64,000 nt of DNA from an uncultured Candidatus Saccharibacteria bacterium. Its GTDB lineage: Bacteria; Patescibacteriota; Minisyncoccia; Phycocordibacterales; UBA12088. Location: the NCBI GenBank assembly GCA_964567265.1, contig CAZMLK010000001.1, positions 395,723-459,722 on the forward strand. The letters run 5' to 3'. How positions within the stretch are numbered: position 1 is the stretch's first letter; every line of letters begins with the position of its first letter. Of this stretch, positions 38,021 to 47,520 are shown in pieces. The notes beneath the pieces were generated by a model. That model did no database searches, had not been told where the DNA came from, and saw only the letters and a program-made list of their open reading frames with translations. The position numbers and the translations under genes were made by a program.

Positions 38021-38115
38021 GTAGCCAATTTACCACTTCTTCCCACTTAGTCACAAGTGTATAACACTTCATCCCACCCGCCTACACCTGGGTTATCCAC
38101 AGAAATGCGAAAAAC

Positions 38116-38343
38116 TTGACAGATTAATACCAATGATTTATGGTTTCGAAGTTGTGTTTTACAATACTGTTCCTTCGTCGAGGATGTACCTCACCCAGAA
38201 TTCCGAATGACGTGCTCACGACCGCAGTGCGTAGACTTCTTTTCGGGAAACTAGACTTCTACCGCTGTAGCATTCGTCAAACAAATCCGCGCAAGCGGTA
38301 GCCTGCCAAACGCGATAGCGTACGGCAGGCTTCTTTTTTATTC
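38116..38343 (+). ncRNA. candidate small RNA (~190 nt) bounded by promoter TTGACA-17-TATGGT (38116-38144) and strong intrinsic terminator (38299-38343)
   Basis: The terminator is an 8-bp GC stem agcctgcc...ggcaggct followed by TCTTTTTTATT. No ORF longer than 8 codons lies in between, and the flanking genes are on the other strand. Confidence 0.4.
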
Positions 38344-38369
38344 GAGTATGAAAAATGGAAAGGCCCGGA

Positions 38370-38401
38370 ATTTCCTGTCGGAAATTCCGGGCCGTGTGCG
38401 C
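38370..38401 (-). terminator. terminator for 38401..38805 (perfect palindrome ggcccggaatttcc-tgtc-ggaaattccgggcc)
   Basis: 14-bp perfect stem immediately after the stop, followed on the minus strand by TTTCCATTTTTCAT. Confidence 0.6.
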
Positions 38402-38805
38402 TACGAGGACCTTCGCGGCCCCGTGGATCGAAAATCAACTGCCATAGTGCCTGCGACTTTTCGTGATGCATGTACCCCGGCCACGCGTGCCGCCTTGCCC
38501 GATCGTGCAATGATTTCAATCGGACGCGTAAGCCGAGTCGGCTTCCCGTCCAAACCATCGAGCTTCACTGTCAGTCGAATACGGGGATTCGGAGAATCCG
38601 AGCCGCCTCCAGTTTGATATTCGACGTCCCCGACCGTGATCCCCGCAAGAAGGACTGCCTCTGATTCTGATCGGCAGAGATCAACAAGCGCCTGGCGCGT
38701 TGCCCGTTTCTTTTCTTCAAGGCTTCCGCGCGTTGTGCGAAAAATCGTAATCGCAACACCATCGATGCGGGCCAGTTGCGCCTTACGCTTCGGCACTTCG
38801 ACCAT
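38401..38805 (-). CDS. hypothetical protein
   Basis: 134-aa ORF with a terminator after its stop; no motif recognised. Confidence 0.35.
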   Translation of the reverse strand: MVEVPKRKAQLARIDGVAITIFRTTRGSLEEKKRATRQALVDLCRSESEAVLLAGITVGDVEYQTGGGSDSPNPRIRLTVKLDGLDGKPTRLTRPIEIIARSGKAARVAGVHASRKVAGTMAVDFRSTGPRRSS

Positions 38806-38865
38806 CGATCACCTCCATCTGTGATTTGGAATTCTCAGTGGAGAATACAACAACAAGATCATTCG

Positions 38866-40455
38866 TCAAGCAGAGACTTCACGGAGACGCGCCACAAGGA
38901 AGTCTCGGTCCAGGACAGAGAGGAACCAGCCTGCCTTCGGACCGGAATCCTTGCCGAGGAATGACTGATAGAGCGCGCCGAAGAATGCCTTTGCATCAAG
39001 TCCGCTTTCCTTCCGAATCTCGTGGAGCGCGGTGTGAAGTCCTTCCCCAGTGAGAACTTCATTTGATTCGACATATGCAAGCACCTTCCCGAGCGCCGCC
39101 TTCTGCTCGCCTGAAATATTCTTCGCGTCCTCAGGAACGTCGCCTGTCTGGAGCTCGAACTTGAAGTCATCGTCTGCGTACTTGTCGAGCCAGAAGCGCG
39201 CATATTTTGCACGGAGGGCGGCTTCTGCGCGATCGTCTTCGGTGAGCGGACTTCCTTTCATGCGTTCGACTTCCTGGTACAGATCCATGTGCGGCATCTG
39301 CACGATGAACGCGACCTGCGAGAATCGCGGCAAGAAATGCTCGGGGATCATTTCACGCTCCTCAGGGAAATGGATGAAGCGGAAGAGACGCGTATCATCG
39401 TCTTCAACGCCGCTCCACGCCTTCTCCGCGAGCTTGTCGAATTGGTCGAAGAGTATCGGGATCGTATCACCTGCTGGATCGACATTCACTTGCTGGTTGA
39501 TGTCCTTGCCGAGAAGCGCGAGGCGGAAGATATGGGGCGGCAGAAGATCAGCGACATCGCGTGCAGCAGACGCATTCCCTTTCGAAGAAGACATCTTCTT
39601 GCCGCCGATCAGGAAGAACTCGTACGGCACGTTGAATGGCGGCTCGTGGCCAAAGACTTGCTTCGAGATAGCGTTCGCGACCTCGCGTGAGCCACCTTTC
39701 GTGGAGTGGTCCTTCCCCGCACCTTCGATCGCGACATTCATGACTTTGAATTTCGCCGCCCACTCTACTTTCCACGGAAGCTTCGCGCGGCCGTCGAACG
39801 GCGAGACGCTTCCTTCATGCGCGCACCCTTCCGCCCACTTCACCATGTTCGGCATGCAGACATACGAAACCCTTTCACCATCAAATCCGGTGACCTTGGT
39901 GGTGCCGATCTTGCCGCAGTTCTCGCAGATGACCTGGAGCGGATACCAGTCGTCAGGCTTCACTGAGTTTGAAATTTCCTTGTAGAGACGGCGAATGACG
40001 TCTGCGTGTTCAAGCGCGAGGCGGATGACGTCGTTGAATTCGCCCGCGCGATACTTGTCGCTGAGGCGATAGTAGCTTGGGTGGAACCCGGCTTCCTCGA
40101 TGACACCGGTGAACTCGAGTCCGTAGTACTCGGCGAAATTCTTCGCGTTGCCGACGGGAGATGGGATCGTAAAGAGCGGCTGGCCCATGTACTTGCGATA
40201 GACGGCCTCATCGAGGTACGCCGGCATGCCGTCCATCGGGTCCATGTCGTTGATCTCATAGAAAAACTCGTTGTCGACGCCCGCTTCCGTAAGCGCCTCA
40301 GAAATGACTCCGTGGATGGCTGCGCCGCGCATCGAGCCCACGTGTACCCGACCAGAGGCAGTCTTCTCATCGCGTATGACGAGTTTCTCTCCCGCTTTGA
40401 TGCGGGTTGCCAGCTTTTCTTGTATGTCGCCCGTAAGGCGGTCTAGCCAGAACAT
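38866..40455 (-). CDS. lysK: lysyl-tRNA synthetase, class I
   Basis: N-terminal FWLDRL...HVGSMRG (HIGH-like) and the KMSSSKGN motif diagnostic of class-I LysRS. ~530 aa. Confidence 0.8.
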   Translation of the reverse strand: MFWLDRLTGDIQEKLATRIKAGEKLVIRDEKTASGRVHVGSMRGAAIHGVISEALTEAGVDNEFFYEINDMDPMDGMPAYLDEAVYRKYMGQPLFTIPSPVGNAKNFAEYYGLEFTGVIEEAGFHPSYYRLSDKYRAGEFNDVIRLALEHADVIRRLYKEISNSVKPDDWYPLQVICENCGKIGTTKVTGFDGERVSYVCMPNMVKWAEGCAHEGSVSPFDGRAKLPWKVEWAAKFKVMNVAIEGAGKDHSTKGGSREVANAISKQVFGHEPPFNVPYEFFLIGGKKMSSSKGNASAARDVADLLPPHIFRLALLGKDINQQVNVDPAGDTIPILFDQFDKLAEKAWSGVEDDDTRLFRFIHFPEEREMIPEHFLPRFSQVAFIVQMPHMDLYQEVERMKGSPLTEDDRAEAALRAKYARFWLDKYADDDFKFELQTGDVPEDAKNISGEQKAALGKVLAYVESNEVLTGEGLHTALHEIRKESGLDAKAFFGALYQSFLGKDSGPKAGWFLSVLDRDFLVARLREVSA

Positions 40456-40531
40456 TTCCCTATCCTAGCGATAATTGACTGAATAGTAAAATGATGGTTT
40501 TCTGTGTCGGGCAATCATACGGAGGTTCAGA

Positions 40532-40879
40532 ATGGCGACCAAGATGACGGTAAGCGCAGTCCTCGCTGAGGCGGCGGATGAACTCCAAGCTGAATTTTCC
40601 ACTGGGAATGCGATTCTGATCCGAATGCTTTGCACGGATCTGAGAGACATCCCAATAGAGCGAGGGCAAGATACACTCCTTAAGAAGATGGCGAAGGGCA
40701 TGCCCCGGTCGAGTTCGGATTCGGAAGTCAACTTGTATATGTATCTGATGATCCTGCGCCTATTCGCACAGTCCTTCAGGGTAGCAGCAGCGAGCCAGAG
40801 AATGGCAGAGCTCGAACAACGTGTCGGCGAGCTCGACAATCGGACTATGGGTGATTTTCGCGTCGGCAATGTCGGCTAG
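40532..40879 (+). CDS. hypothetical protein
   Basis: ACGGAGGT Shine-Dalgarno motif 7 nt upstream of the ATG; terminator hairpin 40889-40926 after the stop. Confidence 0.45.
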   Translation: MATKMTVSAVLAEAADELQAEFSTGNAILIRMLCTDLRDIPIERGQDTLLKKMAKGMPRSSSDSEVNLYMYLMILRLFAQSFRVAAASQRMAELEQRVGELDNRTMGDFRVGNVG

Positions 40880-40888
40880 TGGCGTGTG

Positions 40889-40926
40889 GCGGAGTCCTTT
40901 CGGGACTCCGCTGCTTTCTTTTTTAC
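40889..40926 (+). terminator. rho-independent terminator
   Basis: gcggagtcc-tttcg-ggactccgc followed by TTTCTTTTTTAC. Confidence 0.7.
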
Positions 40927-40988
40927 TTTGACAGTTTTTTCTGGAAGTGGTTTAAGAAAGCAAGACCCCGAGAAAGGAGTACGAGTGG

Positions 40989-41372
40989 ATGCATGGAGGA
41001 ACTATTTCTGTCAGGGACCTGCTTCGAGATATTGGAGACCCGGAGAAGCATTGGCATCGGGACGACAAGACGCGTGCTGAGCGTTTAGCACGGCTCGGCG
41101 AGGCACTCGACGAATCGGGCAGTCGTATGCTCTCCCCATACCAAGAAGGCGTCATCCGCGAGCAGTGTCGCTCGCTTTGGTTCGGCCCATCTCCTCGGGA
41201 AGCCGAAATTATCTTTCCAGCGATCGCAAGCATGATTGCCGCGTTCATATCGATGAACGGACACAGAATCCCCACGCGCATGTTGCGCGCCGCCAAAGGA
41301 CCGTCAGCCAATGGCTCGACACCCCATGTGAACCAGGACACTCGAGACGCTGCACGTCCTCCATTTATCTGA
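40989..41372 (+). CDS. hypothetical protein
   Basis: Promoter-like TTGACA (40928-40933) and an AAAGGAG Shine-Dalgarno motif 9 nt before the ATG; GC hairpins downstream (41395-41460). Confidence 0.4.
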   Translation: MHGGTISVRDLLRDIGDPEKHWHRDDKTRAERLARLGEALDESGSRMLSPYQEGVIREQCRSLWFGPSPREAEIIFPAIASMIAAFISMNGHRIPTRMLRAAKGPSANGSTPHVNQDTRDAARPPFI

Positions 41373-41488
41373 CGAGTTGCTGCGTTTGTCGCGTCGCCGC
41401 GAAGCCCCCGAGGGCTTCGCGGCGATTTGCATAAAAAAGCCCGCGCATCTCACGAGGAGAATGGCGGGCTAGGTCGAGCGAACTCTGG

Positions 41489-41611
41489 CTACTGGATTAG
41501 GTGCGCGAACACGGGTGCTCCGGCAAGGAGGAGAAGAATGATCAATCCGAGAAACTTATAGGATCTCGGCTTCCGGCACGGCAGGCCGATGACTTCATCC
41601 ATGATGGCCAT
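41489..41611 (-). CDS. possible 40-aa hydrophobic peptide (MAIMDEVIGLPCRKPRSYKFLGLIILLLLAGAPVFAHLIQ)
   Basis: GAAGGA Shine-Dalgarno motif 6 nt upstream of the ATG, single predicted TM, hairpin + T-run downstream on the minus strand (~41437-41462). Confidence 0.3.
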   Translation of the reverse strand: MAIMDEVIGLPCRKPRSYKFLGLIILLLLAGAPVFAHLIQ

Positions 41612-41731
41612 CCTTCACGAAAAGAACATGATACTACTGAACATGCTCTTTTGGAGAGGATATGTCAATTGTGGAAAACGAAACCGCGCGGTCAAAGCCC
41701 GCGCGGTTTCGTTTTAGTACATTCAGTGAAC

Positions 41732-42202
41732 CTACTCGACCTCCGAGATCTTGTAGTACTGCTTGCCGTTCGGAGTCTCGAATGAAAACTTCTCCCCCTT
41801 CTTCTTCCCCATCATCGCCTCGCCAAGCGGTGAGAGATGCGAGATTTTCCGTTCAATCATGTTGGCCTCCTCGCTGCCCACGATCTCGTACTTGTGGAGA
41901 TCCTTGTCGCCTTCTTTTTGGATAGAGACGTGCGAGCCGATGGTCACCGCATCACCCTTCTTCGGAGAGACGATCTTCGCGGTCTGGAGGATGGTCTCGA
42001 GCTTCTTGATGCGCTCTTCAGTCGCGGCCTGGAGATCACGCGCTTCTTGATATTCCGCGTTCTCAGAGAGGTCGCCGAGCGAACGGGCATACTCAAGGCT
42101 CTCCGCGATCTCCTTGCGGCGCGTGGTTTTTAAATAATCGAGCTCTTTCTTGAGCTCTTCAAACTTCTCCTGCGATAGGTACTCGGTGTTGTTCTCAGTC
42201 AT
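41732..42202 (-). CDS. greA: transcription elongation factor GreA
   Basis: N-terminal coiled-coil with the acidic tip (DLSENAEY) and the C-terminal FKBP-like domain. Confidence 0.9.
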   Translation of the reverse strand: MTENNTEYLSQEKFEELKKELDYLKTTRRKEIAESLEYARSLGDLSENAEYQEARDLQAATEERIKKLETILQTAKIVSPKKGDAVTIGSHVSIQKEGDKDLHKYEIVGSEEANMIERKISHLSPLGEAMMGKKKGEKFSFETPNGKQYYKISEVE

Positions 42203-42258
42203 GAATATTTGTTGTTTTGAATGGGCATATTCTACACGAAATCGCCCGATTGTCGAGG

Positions 42259-43944
42259 CTAGCCTTCAAGGTATTCGGGGGTGTGGACAGCCATCCAATC
42301 GAGCAGTTGGCGCATCACGTAGACGCCGCCGAGCGTGTTCGTGACTGGCCCTCGCTCCATGAGGACGATGAAGGCGTAGCGTGGATGCTCATATGGGAAA
42401 AAACCGGTTGCCCATGAGTTCACGTGCTGCTTGTCGCGTCCGAGCTGCGCGGTTCCGGTCTTCGAGGCGACATGGATGCTGTCCTTGTTGAGCCCGACGC
42501 CGGTGCCCATGAGCACTCCTTGCCGCATACCCTCCTGCACCACCTTGAAATCCTCTGCCGGTATGTCCACCTTCGTGCCGGTTTGCGTGGTCGAGGCGAT
42601 CAACGAGGGCGTGAGGAGCGTGCCTCCGTTCGCGATCGATGCGATTGCGCGGAGCATCTGGATCGGTGTCACCTGGAACCCATACTGCCCGATGACCGTG
42701 TTGTACGTGTCACCGACGCGCCAGTCTTCCCCGTCGAACATCTTCTTCTTCCATTCCGGATTCGGGATCGTTCCCGATTCCTCGCCCGGAAGCTGGATGC
42801 CGGTCGGCGACGCGATACCGAAGAGACGCGCGTACTTCTCAACGTTCGCGATGCCCATGCCCTGCTGGCCCGGGAAGCCGCCGCCGATCTCATAGAAATA
42901 CACATCCGAGGAGACGGCGATCGCATCTCGCATATCCACCCAGCCATGCGCCTTCCAGTCATTGAACCGGGAGGGCCTCGAAGGATCGTATGGATTCGGG
43001 ACCGTGATGTAGCCCGCCGAGTAGATCTGCTTCTCAGGCGAGATGACGCCCTCCTGGAGCGCCCCGAGCGCCATGAAGGGCTTCACGATAGATCCCGGCG
43101 TGTAGAGGCCGGAGACCATCCGGTCGAGGAAGGGCTTCCGGGTATCGCTCATGTATTCCTGGACCGCAGCACGGTCGTCAGCGCTCGACATGACGCTCGG
43201 CCGGTACTCAGGATAGCTCGTGAGCGCGATCAGCTCGCCTGTGCGGACATCCATGATGGCACCTGCGCCTCCTGTGAATGGCACCTGGTCGGCAAGCCCC
43301 TTGATGAATCCATAGAAGGCTTCTTCCACGCGCGCATCGATCGAGAGCGTTACATTGCCGCCGTCCCTGGGCGGCGTCAGCACGCTCTCGGAGTGGACCG
43401 CACCATGCGCGTCCACCTCGATCATGCGCTTGCCATTCTCTCCGGAAAGCTGGTCATTGAAGGAGCGTTCAGTGCCGGCTACACCCTTGTACTCGACTTC
43501 ATAGAATTTGCCGGATGAATCCTTCTTAGGAAGCGTGATGTATCCGAGGATATGGCCGAATCCGGCTGCATCGATATATGAGCGGCTCGCGAACGGCTCC
43601 GGCGTATCGCGCGTATTCCATGCGAGCTCCGTCCCACGCCGATCGTAGAGGACGCCACGGCGCGCGAACACTGTCGATTCCTCGAGCCGGTTCTGCTCGC
43701 TCCGTTCCTTGTACGTGCTTCCCTCGGCTATCTGGAGGATAGAGAGCCGGCCCACGAGCGCGAGGAGGATGAGGACGGCGCCGCTTCCGACGATGAGGAA
43801 CGCCTGCTTGCGGATCGGCGTCTCGAGCCGTCCTTCCATCTGGGCAGTATTGAATTCGGGAAGATTGCGGGAATCAAGAAAAATCTCGTCGGGATCGATC
43901 TCGACGACGCGCGTTCGTTTCTTGCTGAAGAATGGGATGCGCAT
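42259..43944 (-). CDS. mrdA: peptidoglycan D,D-transpeptidase PBP2 (elongasome)
   Basis: N-terminal TM, SxxK (GSIVKP), SxN, KTGTA motifs; located immediately downstream of mreD/mreC/mreB. Confidence 0.85.
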   Translation of the reverse strand: MRIPFFSKKRTRVVEIDPDEIFLDSRNLPEFNTAQMEGRLETPIRKQAFLIVGSGAVLILLALVGRLSILQIAEGSTYKERSEQNRLEESTVFARRGVLYDRRGTELAWNTRDTPEPFASRSYIDAAGFGHILGYITLPKKDSSGKFYEVEYKGVAGTERSFNDQLSGENGKRMIEVDAHGAVHSESVLTPPRDGGNVTLSIDARVEEAFYGFIKGLADQVPFTGGAGAIMDVRTGELIALTSYPEYRPSVMSSADDRAAVQEYMSDTRKPFLDRMVSGLYTPGSIVKPFMALGALQEGVISPEKQIYSAGYITVPNPYDPSRPSRFNDWKAHGWVDMRDAIAVSSDVYFYEIGGGFPGQQGMGIANVEKYARLFGIASPTGIQLPGEESGTIPNPEWKKKMFDGEDWRVGDTYNTVIGQYGFQVTPIQMLRAIASIANGGTLLTPSLIASTTQTGTKVDIPAEDFKVVQEGMRQGVLMGTGVGLNKDSIHVASKTGTAQLGRDKQHVNSWATGFFPYEHPRYAFIVLMERGPVTNTLGGVYVMRQLLDWMAVHTPEYLEG

Positions 43945-43950
43945 ATGGAT

Positions 43951-44253
43951 TTAGTTCCTGCCGATCTGGAGATACCGTCTCGAAAGCGGCACGAGGGAAG
44001 CGGCGAGGAGCGCGAGCGTCGTCATCAAAAAATGCGTCTCGATGCCCACGACCATGGTCCCGCCGTAGAGCACGTCCGCAACGACGGCAACGGCGATGAG
44101 CTCGTACCAGCCGAAGTATACCAGCGTTCCCAACGTCGCGGGGATCGCGAGCCACCACGGCGCCAGGAACGCGGCAGCGAAGAGCAGCGCATCAATGCCG
44201 ACTCTTCTTGGCAAACCGGAATCCTTTTTTTGCGGACGACGTCGTTCAAGCAT
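43951..44253 (-). CDS. mreD: rod shape-determining protein MreD-like small membrane protein
   Basis: 100 aa, ~3 TM helices, position between mreC and mrdA. Confidence 0.5.
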   Translation of the reverse strand: MLERRRPQKKDSGLPRRVGIDALLFAAAFLAPWWLAIPATLGTLVYFGWYELIAVAVVADVLYGGTMVVGIETHFLMTTLALLAASLVPLSRRYLQIGRN

Positions 44254-44271
44254 GAGAAAACGGATGCTGCA

Positions 44272-45090
44272 TTACTGCGCGCTTGTCGAGGTCGCACCCG
44301 CGGGCGCGATTTCGACCGTACGGAGCTCGCGGATGTTGACGGGACTTTTCGCGAGCGCGGTCTCGAACGAATCAGCAGCCTTCGAGCGCAGCGCGCCGAC
44401 GAGCGCGACCAAGGAGCTCGTGATTCCAGGAAGCGCGATCGGAGAATTGGTAGCAGCGATCGTACCCCGCGGAAGCTGCACGATGAAATTCCCGCCGCCC
44501 TGCCCGATCAAGGAGACGGACACCGAGGTCGTCGCCTGGAGGATATCCGCGCTGGTGCTGACTCCGGGAGACGAATACAGCGTGACCCGCGCACGGCTCG
44601 GCCCCACCTCTTCGACCGTGCCGAGCGCGAGCGCGCCGTAGGCGTACACCTTGTCCCCTTTCCGGATGCCACTCTCCTGCCCCGCGTCGATGACGAGCGA
44701 ATCATACGGAATCTCGGGCGGCCGGAGCAGGATGCCCGCGCGGATGCGCGCCCTCTCGGGATTGCGTCCCGCGAATGCGCGCAGGGACTCGTTTTCAGCC
44801 TCAAGAAGTGTCATCGCGACGCTTTTCGCGTTTGCATCGCGGAGTTCCTGCTTCAGCGCGGCATTCTCGTCAACGAGCGCGCGCTTGGAGCGGAGGAGCT
44901 CGATGACGGTACCCGATGACGCGACCGTGCCCGATTCTATCGATGCGACCGGGCGGAGCACGCCGAACACGAGGTTCTCGAGGAACGCCGGCGGCTTCGC
45001 GAAGAAGAAAAGCGCAACGACCAAAAGCGCTCCCATCACTGCGAGCTTGTAGCGGCTGAATGCTGTTTTACGTTCCTGGAGAGAGCGCAT
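44272..45090 (-). CDS. mreC: rod shape-determining protein MreC
   Basis: N-terminal TM, coiled-coil, C-terminal beta domains (GDKVYAYG...). Overlaps the mreB 3' end by 23 nt. Confidence 0.8.
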   Translation of the reverse strand: MRSLQERKTAFSRYKLAVMGALLVVALFFFAKPPAFLENLVFGVLRPVASIESGTVASSGTVIELLRSKRALVDENAALKQELRDANAKSVAMTLLEAENESLRAFAGRNPERARIRAGILLRPPEIPYDSLVIDAGQESGIRKGDKVYAYGALALGTVEEVGPSRARVTLYSSPGVSTSADILQATTSVSVSLIGQGGGNFIVQLPRGTIAATNSPIALPGITSSLVALVGALRSKAADSFETALAKSPVNIRELRTVEIAPAGATSTSAQ

Positions 45091-46141
45091 CTTCGCTTTC
45101 TATGAGCACGTCCGTATGCTGGTCGAGGGTTTCAATGATAACACCGGTTCCGCGCACGACGGAGGTCAACGGATCGTTCGAGCGGTACACCGGGATCTTG
45201 AGGATCGCCGTCAAAAATTCGGGCATGCCGCGGATGAGCGCGCCGCCGCCGACCAAGTGGATGCCGCGCTGCATCACGTCCGCCAGGACTTCAGGCGGCG
45301 TGGTCTCGAGGACCTCGCGGACGGATTCGACCAAGGTATCGATGGAATGGGAAATCGCTTCGCGGATATCGGCGTCTGTAATGACGACCTCACGCGGGAG
45401 GCCGGTCACGAGATCGCGGCCGCGTACGGTCGCTTCGATCGGCGCATCGCCCGGAGATACGGAACAAGCAGCAATCTTGAGCTCCTCCGAGGTCTTCTCG
45501 CCGATCAATATCTTGAATTCGCTCCGGATGTAGGAGGCGATGTCGGCATTCAGCTTGTCGCCCGCGACGCGGAGATTCTTCGCGCGCACGATGCCGGAAA
45601 GCGAGATGACGGCGATATCGGTCGTGCCGCCGCCGATGTCTATGATCATGCTGCCGATCGGCGCATGGATCGGCAGCTTGATGCCGATCGCGGCAGCCAT
45701 CGGCTCCTCGACGATGTAGACCTCGCGGGCGCCGGCATTCTTCGCTGCATCGCGGACCGCCCGCGTCTCGACGTTCGTGATGCCAGACGGCACGCCGATG
45801 ACGACGCGCGGGCCGAAGATCGTGCGGCGTCCTTCCTGCGCTTTGTTGAGGAGGTATGAAAGCATCTCTTCGGTGACCTCGAAGTCCGAGATCACGCCAT
45901 CAACGAGAGGGCGGACGGCCGTGATGTGGGTCGGCGTGCGGCCGAGCATGTCCTTCGCCTGCGCTCCGACGGCGACCACCTGGCCCGTCTTCTGGTTGAT
46001 GGCGACGACGGAGGGCTCATTGAGGACGATGCCCTTGCCGCGAACATACACGAGCGTGTTCGCCGTGCCGAGATCGATGCCGATGTCATTCGAGAAGAGG
46101 TGCGAGAACCTCCCGAACATTTTTTTGAGTCTTTCTACCAT
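45068..46141 (-). CDS. mreB: rod shape-determining actin homolog MreB
   Basis: IGIDLGTANTLVYVRGKGIVLNEPSVVAI phosphate-1 motif and other actin-fold motifs. Start could be the second Met (MFGRF). Confidence 0.9.
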   Translation of the reverse strand: MVERLKKMFGRFSHLFSNDIGIDLGTANTLVYVRGKGIVLNEPSVVAINQKTGQVVAVGAQAKDMLGRTPTHITAVRPLVDGVISDFEVTEEMLSYLLNKAQEGRRTIFGPRVVIGVPSGITNVETRAVRDAAKNAGAREVYIVEEPMAAAIGIKLPIHAPIGSMIIDIGGGTTDIAVISLSGIVRAKNLRVAGDKLNADIASYIRSEFKILIGEKTSEELKIAACSVSPGDAPIEATVRGRDLVTGLPREVVITDADIREAISHSIDTLVESVREVLETTPPEVLADVMQRGIHLVGGGALIRGMPEFLTAILKIPVYRSNDPLTSVVRGTGVIIETLDQHTDVLIESEDALSPGT

Positions 46142-46231
46142 GGTGGTGTGTATGGGGGGATCGGTGAGGTGATGGGCGCAAAGGGTCGATCCGTCGTTCC
46201 GAGGATAGGAAAAGGCGGCAGCGGTACGAAT

Positions 46232-47482
46232 TTATCTCTGAACGAACGACGCGAGCTCCTCGAGGGTCACTTTTGAGATTTCTCCTGTCGCGCGCTCGAC
46301 GACTTCGATCTTCCCGTCGGCGATGGTCTTCGCGGATACGACGGCACGGAACGGCATGCCGAGGAGATCGCTGTCGGCGAACTTCTCGCCTGCACGGAGA
46401 TCGCGATCGTCGTAGAGCACCTCGATGCCGCTCGCGGAAAGCGCTGCGTACAACTCCTCAGCCGCCTTCACCACCGCCTCGTCATTGCCGAGCTGCACCA
46501 CATGGATCTTGAACGGCGCGACTTCGAGGGGCCAGACGATGCCGTTCTCATCTGAAAGCGTTTCAACAATCGTACCCATGACGCGGGAGGGCCCGAGGCC
46601 ATAGCATCCCATCACGACCGGCACGTCCTCCCCTTCCTCATTCTTGTAGAGGAGGCCGAGTGCCTCCGAGAAACGAGTTCCGAGCGTGAAAATATTTCCC
46701 GTTTCAATCGCCTTCCGCTCGACCAGCTTCGCTTTGTCGAGCCCGAGATCTGCGATGACTTCGTCCGTATAGACTTCCTTGTTGAGCGCGATTCCGCGCT
46801 CCTCGTCGACATAAATCAAATCTTCGCCTGCATCAGACACCGTCTGGAATTCCTCGCTGTATTTCGAGAAGATGCCGCCCGCCGCGAACGTGACGAAGGT
46901 CCGATCGCCGAGACCTATGCGCTCAAAGATTTTCTTGTATGCGCGCTTAATCTTTTCGTAGAGTTCTTTGTGTTCCTCATCAGAGCGCGCGAACGAATAC
47001 ATATCCTTCATAAAAAATTCGCGTCCGCGCATGATGCCCGATTTCGCACGCGTTTCATTGCGGAACTTCTCCTGGACCTGGTAGGCCATGACTGGAAGAT
47101 CGCGATAGGAATGGATGAAGTCGGTCATGATGCGCGTCACCGGCTCCTCGTGCGTGATGCCGAGCCCGACGGTCCCGCCCACCTTGAGTTCAGTCTTGAA
47201 CCAATTGTCGACTTTTGCATCGTCCCACCGATCCGTCTTCTCCCAGAGCGTCTTATCCTGGAACACGGTCATGAGCAACTCCTGGCCGCCGATAGCGTCC
47301 ATTTCTTCTCGCACGATGCGGCAGATATTATTGAAAGTGCGGAGGCCGAGCGGCAGAAGCGTGTAGACGCCGGCCATCTCCTTATGGATGTAACCGCCGC
47401 GGATCAGGAGTTCTGCATTCTTGGCGACCTCGTCTTTCGGCGCTTCCTTGCGGGTTTTGGTGAAAAGTGCGGATTGGCGCAT
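46232..47482 (-). CDS. proS: prolyl-tRNA synthetase
   Basis: Class II motifs, MRQSALFTKTRKEAPKDEVAKNAELLIRGGYI N-terminus. The ORF-track ORF continues in frame 351 nt further upstream (see finding). Start coordinate +/-1. Confidence 0.8.
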   Translation of the reverse strand: MRQSALFTKTRKEAPKDEVAKNAELLIRGGYIHKEMAGVYTLLPLGLRTFNNICRIVREEMDAIGGQELLMTVFQDKTLWEKTDRWDDAKVDNWFKTELKVGGTVGLGITHEEPVTRIMTDFIHSYRDLPVMAYQVQEKFRNETRAKSGIMRGREFFMKDMYSFARSDEEHKELYEKIKRAYKKIFERIGLGDRTFVTFAAGGIFSKYSEEFQTVSDAGEDLIYVDEERGIALNKEVYTDEVIADLGLDKAKLVERKAIETGNIFTLGTRFSEALGLLYKNEEGEDVPVVMGCYGLGPSRVMGTIVETLSDENGIVWPLEVAPFKIHVVQLGNDEAVVKAAEELYAALSASGIEVLYDDRDLRAGEKFADSDLLGMPFRAVVSAKTIADGKIEVVERATGEISKVTLEELASFVQR

Positions 47483-47492
47483 ATGTAGAGGC

Positions 47493-47520
47493 AATTGTAC
47501 AGGAAAAGGGTGCCTGGTCA
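47493..47520 (-). promoter_or_regulatory. promoter-like TTGACC-16-TACAAT 11 nt upstream of proS ATG
   Basis: Near-consensus hexamers on the minus strand; preceded by a perfect hairpin ggccgctc-tccttcgg-ggagcggcc (47541-47565). Confidence 0.45.

Noticed and set aside
38093-38101. Perfect DnaA box TTATCCACA upstream of mraZ
   Set aside because: It is a single 9-mer; at this window size one chance occurrence is expected, and no cluster of boxes or AT-rich unwinding element lies nearby, so it is not called an origin.
38041-38400. RNase P RNA, SRP RNA or tmRNA in the mraZ-upstream spacer
   Set aside because: No GGAAAGTCCGGGCTCC-type P4 sequence, no AGGTCAGG/GGAAGCAGC SRP domain IV, and no tag ORF. 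The region is only ~190 nt between promoter and terminator, so it is left as an unclassified sRNA candidate.
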